From positions 119,105 to 183,104 of the forward strand of contig CAWGNJ010000005.1 in assembly GCA_963823915.1 (NCBI GenBank): a DNA stretch of 64,000 nucleotides, given 5' to 3'. Below, piece after piece: positions 21,976 through 31,905 of the stretch (positions are counted from its first letter, which is position 1; every line of letters begins with the position of its first letter). This stretch comes from an uncultured Actinomycetota bacterium (GTDB lineage: Bacteria > Actinomycetota > Acidimicrobiia > Spongiisociales > UBA4744). The notes beneath the pieces were generated by a model. The model had not been told where the DNA came from. It saw only the letters and a list, made by a program, of their open reading frames with translations, and made no database searches. A program made the translations under genes and the position numbers.

Positions 21976-23610
21976 GTTCGCAGCGCTCGCGCCGCCCTCG
22001 CTGGCCTGCGGTCGGCATCTGGACGGCCGGGCTCGTTCTGGCTCTGCTGGTGCTGGTTCCACTCTTTGAGCTGTTCCGGGGAGCGATCGGCGAAGGTTGG
22101 GCTATCGGCCGGCGAAGCGTTTCGAGGAACGGGTACCGGGACCGTGGTAGTGCAATACGTTGTGGACCGGTACGGTCGCCACCGTGGTATTGCCGTGCTG
22201 GTCGGTGCGAAGGCCGCATTCGTGACCGAGCGGCTGTCGCGTTCCGGCCCGAAACTGGCTGCGCCTGGGGTTGCTGCTTCCCCTGGTGACCCCGCCGTTC
22301 GTCTCGGCGCTGAGCTGGGCGCAGGCGTACGGTCCGGGCGGGCTCACCGACGACTTCGGCGGTTTCGTACTGCCCGGCTTGTTCGGTGGAGCCGGTGTGG
22401 TCATCGTCATCGCGGTCAATGTGGTCCCTCTGGTCTACCTGATCGTGGCGGCAGGCTTGGCGACGAGGGTGGCGCCTGACCTCGAACGGGCCGCCCGAGC
22501 CGCCGGTGCCGGCGGCCGGGAAGCCTTCCGGTTGGTGACCTTGCCGCTGCTCCGTCCGGCCTTGCTCGGAGCGGCCGCCCTGGCCTTTGTCGTGGCGGTC
22601 AATTCGTTCGGGATACCCGCGGTGCTCGGCTTGCCGGCCGGGTTTGGCACCATGACCACTCGCATCTACCAGGATCTGGCCCGCTCAGCAGCGCCGGCCG
22701 CCTTCACGAGGGTGCTGGTGTTGGCGGCGGCTCTGGTGGTAGTCACGGTGACGGTGGTTGCCGTCGCCGATCGACGGTTTGGTTTGGCCCGCACGGTCGT
22801 TCGGACCGCCGGTCCGGTGGGAGCCAGGATGGTGGCCGGCCGGAGAGCTTGGTGGCCGGCGCTGGGCCGTGTGGGCTTACGTGGCATTCACCGCCCTGGT
22901 CCCCTTGACAGCCCTGGTCGCGAGCTCGCTGACGAAGGCGGTGGGCCTTTCGCCGGTGCCTGCCAACTGGACGCTGGCGAATTTCGGCGAGGCTCTCGCC
23001 GGGAGTTACGGAGCAGCGTTGGGGCGCAGCGTGTTCCTGGCGGTCATCGCCGCGACCCTGGTGGTGCTGTTCGGGCGGCTTGGCTGCTTCCCTCGCCCAG
23101 CGACGTGGGGGACGCTCGATTGGCTCCGCCGCCATTCTCACCTTTGCCGTGCCGGGATCAGCGCTGGCCGTGGCAGTGTTGCTGGCGTACGGACCCTGGT
23201 TGCGAGACACACTGCTGATAATCCTGGTGGCCTATCTGGCCAAGTTCTGGGCTTTGGGCCACCGGTCTATCGCCGGTTCGGCCGATGCCATTCCTCCAGA
23301 CCTCTACCGGGCGGCTCGCAGCGGCGGTGCCGGCCCCATCACCGCCCTCCGGACGGTGATAGTCCCGCTCTTGCGACCGGCTCTCGCGGTCGCCTGGGCC
23401 ATCGTGTTCCTGTTCGCATTCCATGAACTGACGATGTCGACCCTGCTGTACGGGCCGGGGAGCGAGACATTGGCGGTGGTCATTCTCAACCTCCGCCAGC
23501 TGGGCGACGTGACCGTCACGTCGGCGATGGCTGTGCTGCTTACGGCTTTGGTCTTGGTGGCTTTCCTGCCAGTCCTGGCGATGCGGCGGAGCCGGGAGGC
23601 TCATCAATGA
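21968..23610 (+). CDS. ABC transporter permease, AfuB/FbpB-like, frameshifted
   Basis: Two EAA-type loops (DLERAARAAGA, DLYRAARSGGA); many TM helices. Confidence 0.82.
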
Positions 23611-24668
23611 GCCTGCCACTCGAGTGCCGGAACATCACCGTTGCCTACGACACCGACCCGGTCCTGAGGTCGGTCGACTTCGAGGTGAACCCCGAAGAGG
23701 TCGTTGCCGTGCTCGGACCGTCCGGATCCGGGAAGACCACCCTGCTGTATGCGGTGGCCGGGTTCATTGATTTGGTGGTCGGGGAGATCTCGATCGGCGG
23801 CCGGCCGGTGGCAGCATCCAACCACCAGGACCCGCCGGAGGTGCGAGATGTGGGTTTCGTGTTCCAGCACTATGCGCTCTGGCCTCATCTCGATGCGTTG
23901 GCGACGGTTGCCTTCCCGTTGCGGCGCCGCGGGTTGGAGAAAGCGCAGGCTGCCGGACAGGCGCGGGACCTGCTGGAGCGGATGGGCATCGCCGACCTCG
24001 CCCATCGGAAACCTGCCGAGCTGTCCGGCGGGCAGCAACAGCGGGTCGGGCTGGCTCGTGCTTTGGCCGGGCGTCCCGGTCTCTATCTCTTTGACGAGCC
24101 GACCGCTCACCTCGACACGACCCTGCGGGTAACCCTGCAAGAGGAGTTGGCGGAGCAACGGCGGGCGTCGGGAGCGGCGGCGGTATACGCGACCCACGAT
24201 TCGGGGGAGGCGTTGGCCATCGCCGATCGGATTGTGCTGCTGCGGGACGGATCTGTCGTCCAGATTGGCACGCCGGAAGAGGTCTACGCCCGGCCGGTCG
24301 ACCTGTGGGCGGCCCGCCTGACGGGACCGGCGTCAGTTCTGAGTGTCGACATCGCCCAAGCCGGTCAACGGGAGGTGGTCGTCCGTTGCGAAGGAAGGAC
24401 CGTGAAGGTGGAAGGGGCAGTGGAATCGCCCGGGTGGGCCTCGGTGCTGGTCCGGCCCGACTGGGCTGACTTGGGCGGCGACCTGCCCGGCCGGGTGACG
24501 CACGTCTGGTATCGGGGCCCCTATACCGACTACCGGCTGGAAACGGCCGCGGGACTCGTCGAAATCCGCCGGGAGGGACCTCCGACTGCCAGACCCGGGG
24601 AGCGGGTCACCTGGGCACTTCATCGGGTGTGGTCGGTCCCCGCCGTCGCTGAGACTGACCTTGACTAG
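23607..24668 (+). CDS. ABC transporter ATP-binding protein with TOBE domain
   Basis: GPSGSGKTT, FQHYALWPH, LSGGQQQR, LFDEP. Confidence 0.93.
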   Translation: MSLPLECRNITVAYDTDPVLRSVDFEVNPEEVVAVLGPSGSGKTTLLYAVAGFIDLVVGEISIGGRPVAASNHQDPPEVRDVGFVFQHYALWPHLDALATVAFPLRRRGLEKAQAAGQARDLLERMGIADLAHRKPAELSGGQQQRVGLARALAGRPGLYLFDEPTAHLDTTLRVTLQEELAEQRRASGAAAVYATHDSGEALAIADRIVLLRDGSVVQIGTPEEVYARPVDLWAARLTGPASVLSVDIAQAGQREVVVRCEGRTVKVEGAVESPGWASVLVRPDWADLGGDLPGRVTHVWYRGPYTDYRLETAAGLVEIRREGPPTARPGERVTWALHRVWSVPAVAETDLD

Positions 24669-25323
24669 CCGGACCGGGATGATTCATCGGCTGGCCGGTT
24701 GGGAGCTCGCCCCCGGTATCGCGAGCAGGTTGGCCATCGACGGACCCGACACAGCCGGGAAGACAACCCTGGCCGGTGAATTGGCTGAGGTGATCTCCGA
24801 TCGAGGCCGACCGGTGGTACGCGCTTCGATCGATGGATTCCACCGGCCGGCGCAGGAGAGGTACCGGCAGGGAGACCTGTCGCCGGAGGGTTACTATCAA
24901 GACTCGTTTGACCTGGCTCGATTGCGTTCAGAATTGCTCGATCCGTTCGGTCCCGGCGGTAACCGTGAGTACCGCACAGCCGTGTTCGACCACGTGAACG
25001 ACCGGCCGGTAGAGCTGGCGAAATCGGCCGCCACGGAAGACACGGTGCTCATATTCGACGGTGTCTTCCTGCAGCGATCTGACCTGGCTTCGTGCTGGGA
25101 CCGGGTGATATACGTGGACATCAGCGAGGAAGAGGTTCTTCGGAGAGCCCTGTCTCGCGATACACCTCTCATCGGCCCGGGGGTGCGGGAGCGATATCTG
25201 CGCCGATACCTCCCGGCCCAACGGCTCTACCGCGATGAGGTCCGACCGCGGGAGCAAGCAGACGTGGTGATCGACAACAACGATCCTGACAACCCGCTGG
25301 TGGTCCGGGCTCCGTGGGAGTAG
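24661..25323 (+). CDS. Uridine kinase-like P-loop protein
   Basis: AIDGPDTAGKTT, ASIDGFH, DGVFLQR, RYLPAQRLY. Confidence 0.8.
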   Translation: MTSRTGMIHRLAGWELAPGIASRLAIDGPDTAGKTTLAGELAEVISDRGRPVVRASIDGFHRPAQERYRQGDLSPEGYYQDSFDLARLRSELLDPFGPGGNREYRTAVFDHVNDRPVELAKSAATEDTVLIFDGVFLQRSDLASCWDRVIYVDISEEEVLRRALSRDTPLIGPGVRERYLRRYLPAQRLYRDEVRPREQADVVIDNNDPDNPLVVRAPWE

Positions 25324-25327
25324 AGGC

Positions 25328-25670
25328 TGTTTCTGGTTTCTAGTTTTTGGTTTCTAGTTTCTCGTTTCTCGTTCTCCACCCTCTCCGCTTCGCCGCCTTC
25401 GGCAGCTCCGCGCCTCTGCCGCCGGCGGTGATCTATCGCGGTTTGTGTGCGACGGTTTTGGCGTCTTCCCTCACCGAAGGTGGCGGTGCATATGGTGGGA
25501 GGCGAGTCGATGTGTTGCCCCTCCCGGCAAGGGAGGGGAAGCGTTGCCCGGAGGGCGAGGCAGGGGAGGGTCAGGCGTTAGCCGGACGGTCTGGGGGCGA
25601 GGCGTGACCCCCATCCCCCTCGCTTCGCTCGGGTACTTCCCCCTTTCAGGGAGAAGTCGGTGCCCGTATT
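25328..25670. repeat. 7-bp array plus REP-like elements between convergent genes
   Basis: GTTTCTG GTTTCTA GTTTTTG GTTTCTA GTTTCTC GTTTCTC, then the reverse complement of the 27638-27706 element, then CCCTCCCGGCAAGGGAGGGG. Confidence 0.75.
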
Positions 25671-25758
25671 GAGAGGCGAGCCGGAGTGTCGCATCTGTTC
25701 TGCAATGGAATAGCTCGTAGCTCGTGCCCTGAAACCTAAAACGGCGAACGAATTGAGC

Positions 25759-26547
25759 TCAGCCCAACACCTGGGCCGGGCCGGGGTGGGCTAGACGATG
25801 ATTGGTTATCTCCAGCTGTCTGGCGTTGAAGCGTTTCAGGTTGGCGAGGGTGTGTTGGTCCAACCGGTCGCAGACCCAGTTCCAATGCAGCGCCACCCAG
25901 TCGCCCGGTTCCAAGTGATCAACGAACCCGGCGCCGTCAATGGCGCGAATCACCTTTTCGGTGACAGGCGGACCGAGGCTCAGTGATCGTCCGTCCCAGA
26001 GGAGGGGTTGGGATTCCGTGACTACCTGGTCGCCGGTGCTGGAGACCACCCGGCCCCAGCGGATGCGACAGCGGTCGAGGATCTGGAGTGGATGATCGCC
26101 ATGATCGGAGCCGAGCAGGCCAACCCAGGGGTAGATGCCAAAGACATGGAAGGCATGGTGGGGCACTACGCCGGCAGGTATCGCCTCGGCGAGGTATCCC
26201 CAGTTGGTTCCGGCCCGGGGCCGGAACCGGTCGAGCAGCGAATCTCCGAATAGCTTGAAGTCGATCTGATCGAGCAGGTCGCTGCCGATCCAGTACGCCT
26301 CCACTACACGGCGGTCGAGCGGATCAGCGATGCCGGTTGTGGCGGCGATGAACTGCAGGTACGGCCAGGCACCCTCAAACGCCTGGGCCAGCTCGACTAG
26401 GCCCGCGTCGACCACTCCTGAGGAGCCGTATTCGAGCAACGTCTGGTGGTGAGGTGGTCCGCAGTAGCCCCGCTCGTTGGGTGGATAGGCGTAGCGGGCA
26501 AAGAGGATTGGCCCGGATGTCTCGGATAGTTGTGACGGCCGATTCAT
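25759..26547 (-). CDS. DUF6390-like protein
   Basis: GPILFARYAYPPNERGYCGP, FEGAWPYL, VVEAYWIG, PHHAFHV, DRCRIRWG, VALHWNWVC. Confidence 0.75.
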   Translation of the reverse strand: MNRPSQLSETSGPILFARYAYPPNERGYCGPPHHQTLLEYGSSGVVDAGLVELAQAFEGAWPYLQFIAATTGIADPLDRRVVEAYWIGSDLLDQIDFKLFGDSLLDRFRPRAGTNWGYLAEAIPAGVVPHHAFHVFGIYPWVGLLGSDHGDHPLQILDRCRIRWGRVVSSTGDQVVTESQPLLWDGRSLSLGPPVTEKVIRAIDGAGFVDHLEPGDWVALHWNWVCDRLDQHTLANLKRFNARQLEITNHRLAHPGPAQVLG

Positions 26548-26630
26548 GGTGGTGTCTCCTACTGGCAGCCATCGTACCTGGGGGAATGGCAAGGTAGGCT
26601 GGTGTCGCCGACTGAAAGAGGAGCAAGCCG

Positions 26631-26858
26631 ATGTGTCTTGGCTCGGTGGGAAGGATCACCCGCACCTGGGACGCGGGTGGGGTCCCCATGGCCGAAGTTG
26701 ATTTCGGGTCCCGCACCGACACCGTGTGCCTGCTCTATCAGCCGGAGGCAACCATCGGAACCCCGGTACTGGTCCACATGGGCTTCGTCATGGAAGAACT
26801 CGACGAGGAACGCGCCAACGACGCTCTGGCCCTTCGCAAAGAGATAGCGGGGGAGTAG
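26631..26858 (+). CDS. hypC: HypC/HupF-family hydrogenase maturation chaperone
   Basis: N-terminal MCLG, VLVHMGF, 75 aa, GAGGAG RBS. Confidence 0.8.
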   Translation: MCLGSVGRITRTWDAGGVPMAEVDFGSRTDTVCLLYQPEATIGTPVLVHMGFVMEELDEERANDALALRKEIAGE

Positions 26859-26872
26859 CTCGCTCCGCTCGC

Positions 26873-26910
26873 GGTTTCAGGTTTCAGGTTCCGGTCACTG
26901 GTTACTGGTT
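26873..26910. repeat. 7-bp tandem array between convergent genes
   Basis: GGTTTCA GGTTTCA GGTTCC GGTCACT GGTTACT GGTTA. Confidence 0.7.
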
Positions 26911-27295
26911 ACTCCCTTTTCGGAAGCGGTCGTAGTTCGTCCATTGGTTTTTCGTGTCGTTGGCCGATTCGAATCATGACGATTCCGATCACGGCGAGGG
27001 CGCCACTGATCGAGGCCATGGTTACGAGACGAGCCTTGGCGACTAGCTCGCACTCCTCCCGCAAAGATGCCCCGTCCGGGTCGATGGCTTGAGCTTGCGG
27101 GGGTCGTTCACCTTCAACGGCCGCCCGGTAGTCGCCGAGGGCAAGCATCCCGAAGACCGATCCACACTTCTCCGCGGCCCGTTCAAACGTGCCGCCCCCG
27201 ATCCGGTAGCCGAGGTCGACACTCACGGTCAGAAAGCTCATGAGCGCCGCAATTAGAAGAGCCAGTACCACTAGGAACATGCCAAAGAGGCGCAT
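26909..27295 (-). CDS. Hypothetical membrane protein with two TM helices and a Cys pair
   Basis: Hydrophobic N- and C-terminal helices; KCGS...EC. Confidence 0.7.
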   Translation of the reverse strand: MRLFGMFLVVLALLIAALMSFLTVSVDLGYRIGGGTFERAAEKCGSVFGMLALGDYRAAVEGERPPQAQAIDPDGASLREECELVAKARLVTMASISGALAVIGIVMIRIGQRHEKPMDELRPLPKRE

Positions 27296-27310
27296 GGGGG
27301 AAGAATACTA

Positions 27311-27775
27311 GGGAGCACGAAGTGCTCCCGTACCTGGTACCTCGTACCTAGTACCGCGGCCAAGGTTGCGCGAGTTGAAGCGGCGAGAGAAGCTATGTCG
27401 CGAGAGGCCAAGAAGCATCAAGCAGCAAGCATCAAGCCAGCAATCTCGAGTCTCGGGTCACGAGCTACGTGCTTTGCCTCGCCCGCTGGCGGGAGAGGCG
27501 CGGCGCTGCCGGAGGCGGCGAAGCGGTGAGGGTGGTCGCGGACGGCTGACGACTGAGAACTGAGGACTGTTTTCTCCACCCTCCCCCTGATCCCCTCCCG
27601 CTGGCGGGAGGGGGACCTTTTTTGGTCTCGCCCGCAGACGTGCTTTGCCTCGCCCGCTGGCGGGAGAGGCGCGGAGCTGCCGGAGGCGGCGAAGCGGAGA
27701 GGGTGGAGAACGAGAAACGAGAAACGAGAAACGAGAAACAGGTACGGAAACGAGAAACGAGAAACGAGAAACTAG
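27311..27775. repeat. Composite repeat block: hairpin, several 7-bp arrays and three REP-like elements
   Basis: GGGAGCAC-GAA-GTGCTCCC; (GTACCTN)n; (AGCAKCA)n; near-identical copies at 27467-27535 and 27638-27706; CCCCTCCCGCTGGCGGGAGGGG within 27574-27617; (GAAACGA)n. Confidence 0.85.
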
Positions 27776-29806
27776 CTACCACTCCACCAGCTCCACGGCG
27801 TGCCTCACGATGCCCTCGGTGTTGGGCATCACCATCGCTTCGAGTTCGGAGGCGAAGGGGAAGGCGGGCACATCGGGCGTGGCGTAGCGACGCACCGGAG
27901 CATCGAGTAGTTCGAAAGCTTTCTCCGCGGCTTGAGCGGCGATCTCGGCTCCAAACCCTACGAACTCGTTGTCTTCGTGGACGATGAGGAGGCGTCCCGT
28001 CTTGGCGATTGAGGCTTCAAGCGTTGGCCAGTCGAGCGGTTTGATCGAACGCAGGTCGATGACCTCGGCCGATATGCCCTGCCCGGCGAGTATCTCGGCA
28101 GCTTCGATCGAGAAGTACGACATGGTCCCGTAGGCGACGATCGTGAGGTCGGTACCGGCTCGGCGGATGGCCGCCTGGCCAAGTGGAATCCGGTGGTCGC
28201 CGGAGGGGAAGGGGCCCTTTACCAAACGGTAGAGCTTCTTGGGCTCGAGAAACAACACCGGATCCGGATCTTCAACGGAGGATACGAGTAGCCCCTTGGC
28301 ATCGGCCGGGGTCGAGGGAATGACCACCTTGAGGCCGGGAATGTGCGCGTAGAAAGCCTCAATCGACTGTGAGTGATACAGAGCCCCGTGAATGCCGCCG
28401 CCGTACGGAGCCCGGATCACCATCGGGCATAGCCAATCACCGTTCGTTCGGTAGTGGATTCGCGAAACCTCGGACAAGATCTGATCGAAGGCCGGGTGGA
28501 TGAAATCGGCGAACTGGATCTCTGGCATGGGGATTTTGCCGGCGGCCGCCAGGCCTACCCCAACCCCGATGATCAAGGACTCGGCGAGGGGCGTGTTGAA
28601 GCATCGATCCCTTCCGAAAGCCTCGGTAATTCCCTTGGTTGCCTTGAAGGCTCCCCCCTTCGGGTCCGCCACGTCCTCTCCGAAGATCATGGCCTCGGGG
28701 TGGGCGGCCATTACTTCGTGCAGGGTCTGATTGATGGCAGTGACGAGGTTGATCTCGTCGCCCGCAACTGGTTGCTCAACTTCGGTCACCGGTTCCTCGG
28801 GAGTAATCGGCAGGGCATAGACCCGGGCGAGGGGATCGTCGGCGACCGGGGCGGCTTCGGCTTGCTTGACTGCGTCGGCTACCCGGTCGGTGATCTCCGA
28901 TTCCATCTCTTCTTCGAGCGTCTCGGACAGCAGCCTGGCTTCGATCAGGTACTGCTTGAGCAAGATCAGCGGGTCACGGCGGCGCCACGACTCGACCTCT
29001 TCGCGAGTGCGGTAGAGCTTGTCGTCGTCATCAGATGTGTGGGCGTAGTAACGGTACGTCTTGGCCTCGATCAAGGTCGGGCCTGCACCGCTTCGGGCCC
29101 GGTCTACCGCTTCCCGAGTGACCGCGTACATGGCCAGCGCATCGTTGCCGTCGACCGCGACCCCATGCATGCCATAGCCGAGGGCCCGGTCGGCGACCTG
29201 GCCCGCCACCTCTTCGGCGACCGGAACGGAGATGGCGTACTGGTTGTTCTCGATAACGACGATCAGGGGAAGCCGATAGATGCCGGCGAAGTTCATGGCT
29301 TCATGCCAGTCACCTTCTGAGGTCGACCCTTCACCGCCATAGACCGCCACAACGCCCGGACCACCGTCCTTCTGGATGGCGTAGGCGATTCCGGCCGCAT
29401 GGGGGTATTGGGTGGCAATGGGTGAGGAGTGGGAAAAAATGCGGCGTTCGCGCAGTGACCAGTGGTTGGGCATCTGCCGGCCGGCGCTGGTCGGGTCGGC
29501 TTGCCGAGAGAAGACGCCGAGGAAAACGTCTAGCGGACTGAAGCCCCAACCCAAGACGACACCAACGTCTCGATAGTACGGAAGACACCAGTCGACCTCG
29601 GGATCCATGGCGGCGACGCTGGCTACCTGCGCCGCCTCGTGTCCCGACGCAGAAACTACGAAGGGCGCCCGACCTTGCCGGTTGAGCGCCCACATGCGGT
29701 CATCGACACGACGAGATTCGAGCATGGTCCGGTATATGGCCAGGACCAGCTCGTCCGATAAGCCCAGGTCGCGATGATTCTCCCTGAGCTCCAGCTCAAC
29801 CTCCAA
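27776..29806 (-). CDS. Fused E1 alpha/beta subunit of a (branched-chain) 2-oxoacid dehydrogenase
   Basis: GHEAAQ, TPP motif GEGSTSEGDWHE...ENN, HTSDDD, GEDV, NTPLAES, EIQFADF, GALYHSQS. Confidence 0.9.
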   Translation of the reverse strand: MEVELELRENHRDLGLSDELVLAIYRTMLESRRVDDRMWALNRQGRAPFVVSASGHEAAQVASVAAMDPEVDWCLPYYRDVGVVLGWGFSPLDVFLGVFSRQADPTSAGRQMPNHWSLRERRIFSHSSPIATQYPHAAGIAYAIQKDGGPGVVAVYGGEGSTSEGDWHEAMNFAGIYRLPLIVVIENNQYAISVPVAEEVAGQVADRALGYGMHGVAVDGNDALAMYAVTREAVDRARSGAGPTLIEAKTYRYYAHTSDDDDKLYRTREEVESWRRRDPLILLKQYLIEARLLSETLEEEMESEITDRVADAVKQAEAAPVADDPLARVYALPITPEEPVTEVEQPVAGDEINLVTAINQTLHEVMAAHPEAMIFGEDVADPKGGAFKATKGITEAFGRDRCFNTPLAESLIIGVGVGLAAAGKIPMPEIQFADFIHPAFDQILSEVSRIHYRTNGDWLCPMVIRAPYGGGIHGALYHSQSIEAFYAHIPGLKVVIPSTPADAKGLLVSSVEDPDPVLFLEPKKLYRLVKGPFPSGDHRIPLGQAAIRRAGTDLTIVAYGTMSYFSIEAAEILAGQGISAEVIDLRSIKPLDWPTLEASIAKTGRLLIVHEDNEFVGFGAEIAAQAAEKAFELLDAPVRRYATPDVPAFPFASELEAMVMPNTEGIVRHAVELVEW

Positions 29807-29817
29807 TGACGCCCCCT

Positions 29818-30915
29818 TCAGCTTCCTTCTACTTCTGTCCAGGTCAGGCCACCCGGCGACAACCGGCGAAGGTCACTAATCGCTTCGATTCGTTCGTTTG
29901 CCAGCTGCATGGCGGCTTCCTGAGGCATGACACCCCGTTCTTTGGCCGCCACCAGGACGTCCATCGTACGCTGCCCGATGGCGTCCACGTGGTGCATGGC
30001 CCGCTGTTCTGAGTAGCCGATCAGCTCTTCGGAGATGTTGATCAGACCGCCCGCATTGACCAGGAAGTCGGGACCGTAGAGGATGCCGCGCTCGGCGAGC
30101 AGCACCGCGTCCTCTTCTTTTTCCAATTGGTTGTTGGCGCTTCCGGCCACGGCCTCGCAGTTGAGCTTGGGAATACTCTCTTCGTTGAGGATGGCGCCGA
30201 GAGCGCAAGGGGCGAACACGTCGCACTCGACGGTCATGATCTCGTCCAGTCCGACTGCCTTGACACCGAAGTCGTCTACCACCTGGCGGATGGAGGGTTC
30301 GTAGACGTCGGTGACGATCACTTCGACTCCTTCGTCTATCAGGAGATGGGTGAAGTAGTACCCAACCTTCCCAACTCCCTGGACGGCAACCCGCCGCCCG
30401 GCCAGGTCGGCCGAACCCCAGAGGAATTCGGCGATTGCTTTCACAGCCGCCAGCAGACCGATGGCGGTGGCGGGAGACGGGTCGCCCGATCCGCCTTCTT
30501 CCATCGGCACGCCCGACGCCCATCGGGTCTCGCGGCGAACCATGGCCAGATCAAGCGCGGTGCTGCCCACATCCTCGGCGGTGATGTAACGGCCGTTGAG
30601 GGAGTCAACCATGCGGCCGTAGGCCCGCCAGAGACGCTCGTTCTTGTCCCGACGAGGATCTCCAATGATGACGGCCTTGCCGCCGCCCAGGTCGAGACCT
30701 GCGGCCGCGGCCTTCAAGGTCATTCCGTGTGAGAGTCGCAAAGCGTCCCGCAGAGCCTCTTCTTCGGTTTCGTACGGATAGAAACGAGTCCCGCCGAGAG
30801 CGGGACCGAGGGCTGTGGAATGAATTGCGATAATCGTCCGCAAACCGGACTTCGGATCGTGGCCGTAGAGAACCTGCTCGTGGCCGGTCTCGGCGACCAG
30901 AGAGAATACGCCCAT
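29818..30915 (-). CDS. Glu/Leu/Phe/Val dehydrogenase (leucine/valine dehydrogenase)
   Basis: IHSTALGPALGGTR, GGGKAVI, YITAEDVG, QGVGKVG, GSANNQL, PDFLVNAGG. Confidence 0.92.
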   Translation of the reverse strand: MGVFSLVAETGHEQVLYGHDPKSGLRTIIAIHSTALGPALGGTRFYPYETEEEALRDALRLSHGMTLKAAAAGLDLGGGKAVIIGDPRRDKNERLWRAYGRMVDSLNGRYITAEDVGSTALDLAMVRRETRWASGVPMEEGGSGDPSPATAIGLLAAVKAIAEFLWGSADLAGRRVAVQGVGKVGYYFTHLLIDEGVEVIVTDVYEPSIRQVVDDFGVKAVGLDEIMTVECDVFAPCALGAILNEESIPKLNCEAVAGSANNQLEKEEDAVLLAERGILYGPDFLVNAGGLINISEELIGYSEQRAMHHVDAIGQRTMDVLVAAKERGVMPQEAAMQLANERIEAISDLRRLSPGGLTWTEVEGS

Positions 30916-31055
30916 GTGGGTGCGTCCTTTCGAAGGTCGAACTTCTGGCAGTCTAACGGAGGCGGGTTTCCCGTTGAGGGGGCGGAGCACCGATGGCGAG
31001 GGGCGCGGCAGAATCGATCGGAGGTTTGCACGGTGTCTCGTTAGCATCCGGATCC

Positions 31056-31820
31056 ATGACACCGTCATCGTTCCTTCGGGTTTACATCGCCGCCGAGAAA
31101 TTCCCGGCCCAGGAGCCCGCGCCAGACTCCGGTGCCCTCCGGACCCTGCGGGCCGGAAGGTACGGCTTGCTCGGCGAGTCGATGCACGAGGATGCGCTCC
31201 ATGCGGAGTGGTCGGGACGGCGTTACGTATGCCCCCGGCACCCGCGTCTTCGCATGCTGGAGGGTCTCCTGGCGTTCCACAACACCTACCGGGACGTCGG
31301 CGGCGACCTGATCGTTCCCGAAGCCAACGCCCGCCTGGCCGGCCAGGAACTGCAGCGCCTGTACGAGAAGCGGCCGGCCGAACGGTCGCACATACTCACG
31401 TCGCCCTGGCATGTGCCTTTGCGGTGGTTTTCGGCTTTTGATCCCGACGAGCGCGAGATCGTGCAGATGGTCGATCATTTGCGGCTTCGCTACCGCACGT
31501 TGTTGACGCTGTCTTCGCAACGCCTCGAGCGCACCCTCAATGCCCTCAAGGAAGCCGGCTTTGCGGGGTCGGTCACCGACGATGTCGAAGAACTCGCCGA
31601 GTGGCTCGACGATTTCCCCGAAGACGCCATGGTGGAACTCGACTACGGAGGGGTAGCCGGGTTGTTCCCAGAAGGCGATCTGGTCCTCGACGAGAGCTCC
31701 GCAGACATCTGGTCGTCTATCGAGGCGCTCGAGGCCGGGAACATGGAAGAGGCAATCGAGCGATACAGCGTGATGGCCTCACGCTGGGCCCCCGCAGTAG
31801 CAGTCACGTTTAGCAACTAG
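31056..31820 (+). CDS. Conserved actinobacterial hypothetical protein, divergent from the Leu/Val dehydrogenase gene
   Basis: SFLRVY, HILTSPWHVPLRWF, MVELDYGG, DESSAD motifs. Confidence 0.7.
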   Translation: MTPSSFLRVYIAAEKFPAQEPAPDSGALRTLRAGRYGLLGESMHEDALHAEWSGRRYVCPRHPRLRMLEGLLAFHNTYRDVGGDLIVPEANARLAGQELQRLYEKRPAERSHILTSPWHVPLRWFSAFDPDEREIVQMVDHLRLRYRTLLTLSSQRLERTLNALKEAGFAGSVTDDVEELAEWLDDFPEDAMVELDYGGVAGLFPEGDLVLDESSADIWSSIEALEAGNMEEAIERYSVMASRWAPAVAVTFSN

Positions 31821-31839
31821 ACAGCCTCCAGCCAGCAAC

Positions 31840-31905
31840 GGTGGTAGGTCTTCAGCTGGTAGCTGGTGGTGCTGGTGGCTGGTGGCTAGGAACTACTGGC
31901 TACTG
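31840..31905. repeat. Degenerate 7-bp array between convergent genes
   Basis: AGCTGGT AGCTGGT GGTGCT GGTGGCT GGTGGCT ... CTACTGG CTACTGG. Confidence 0.6.

Noticed and set aside
27467-27706. ~69-bp direct repeats as a CRISPR array or IS ends
   Set aside because: They belong to a dispersed palindromic family; no regular spacers and no transposase.
25347-27987. Short ORFs over the intergenic repeats (25347..25607, 27465..27782, 27622..27987)
   Set aside because: Translations such as SFLVSRFS and ENEKRETRNEK simply reflect the heptamer arrays.
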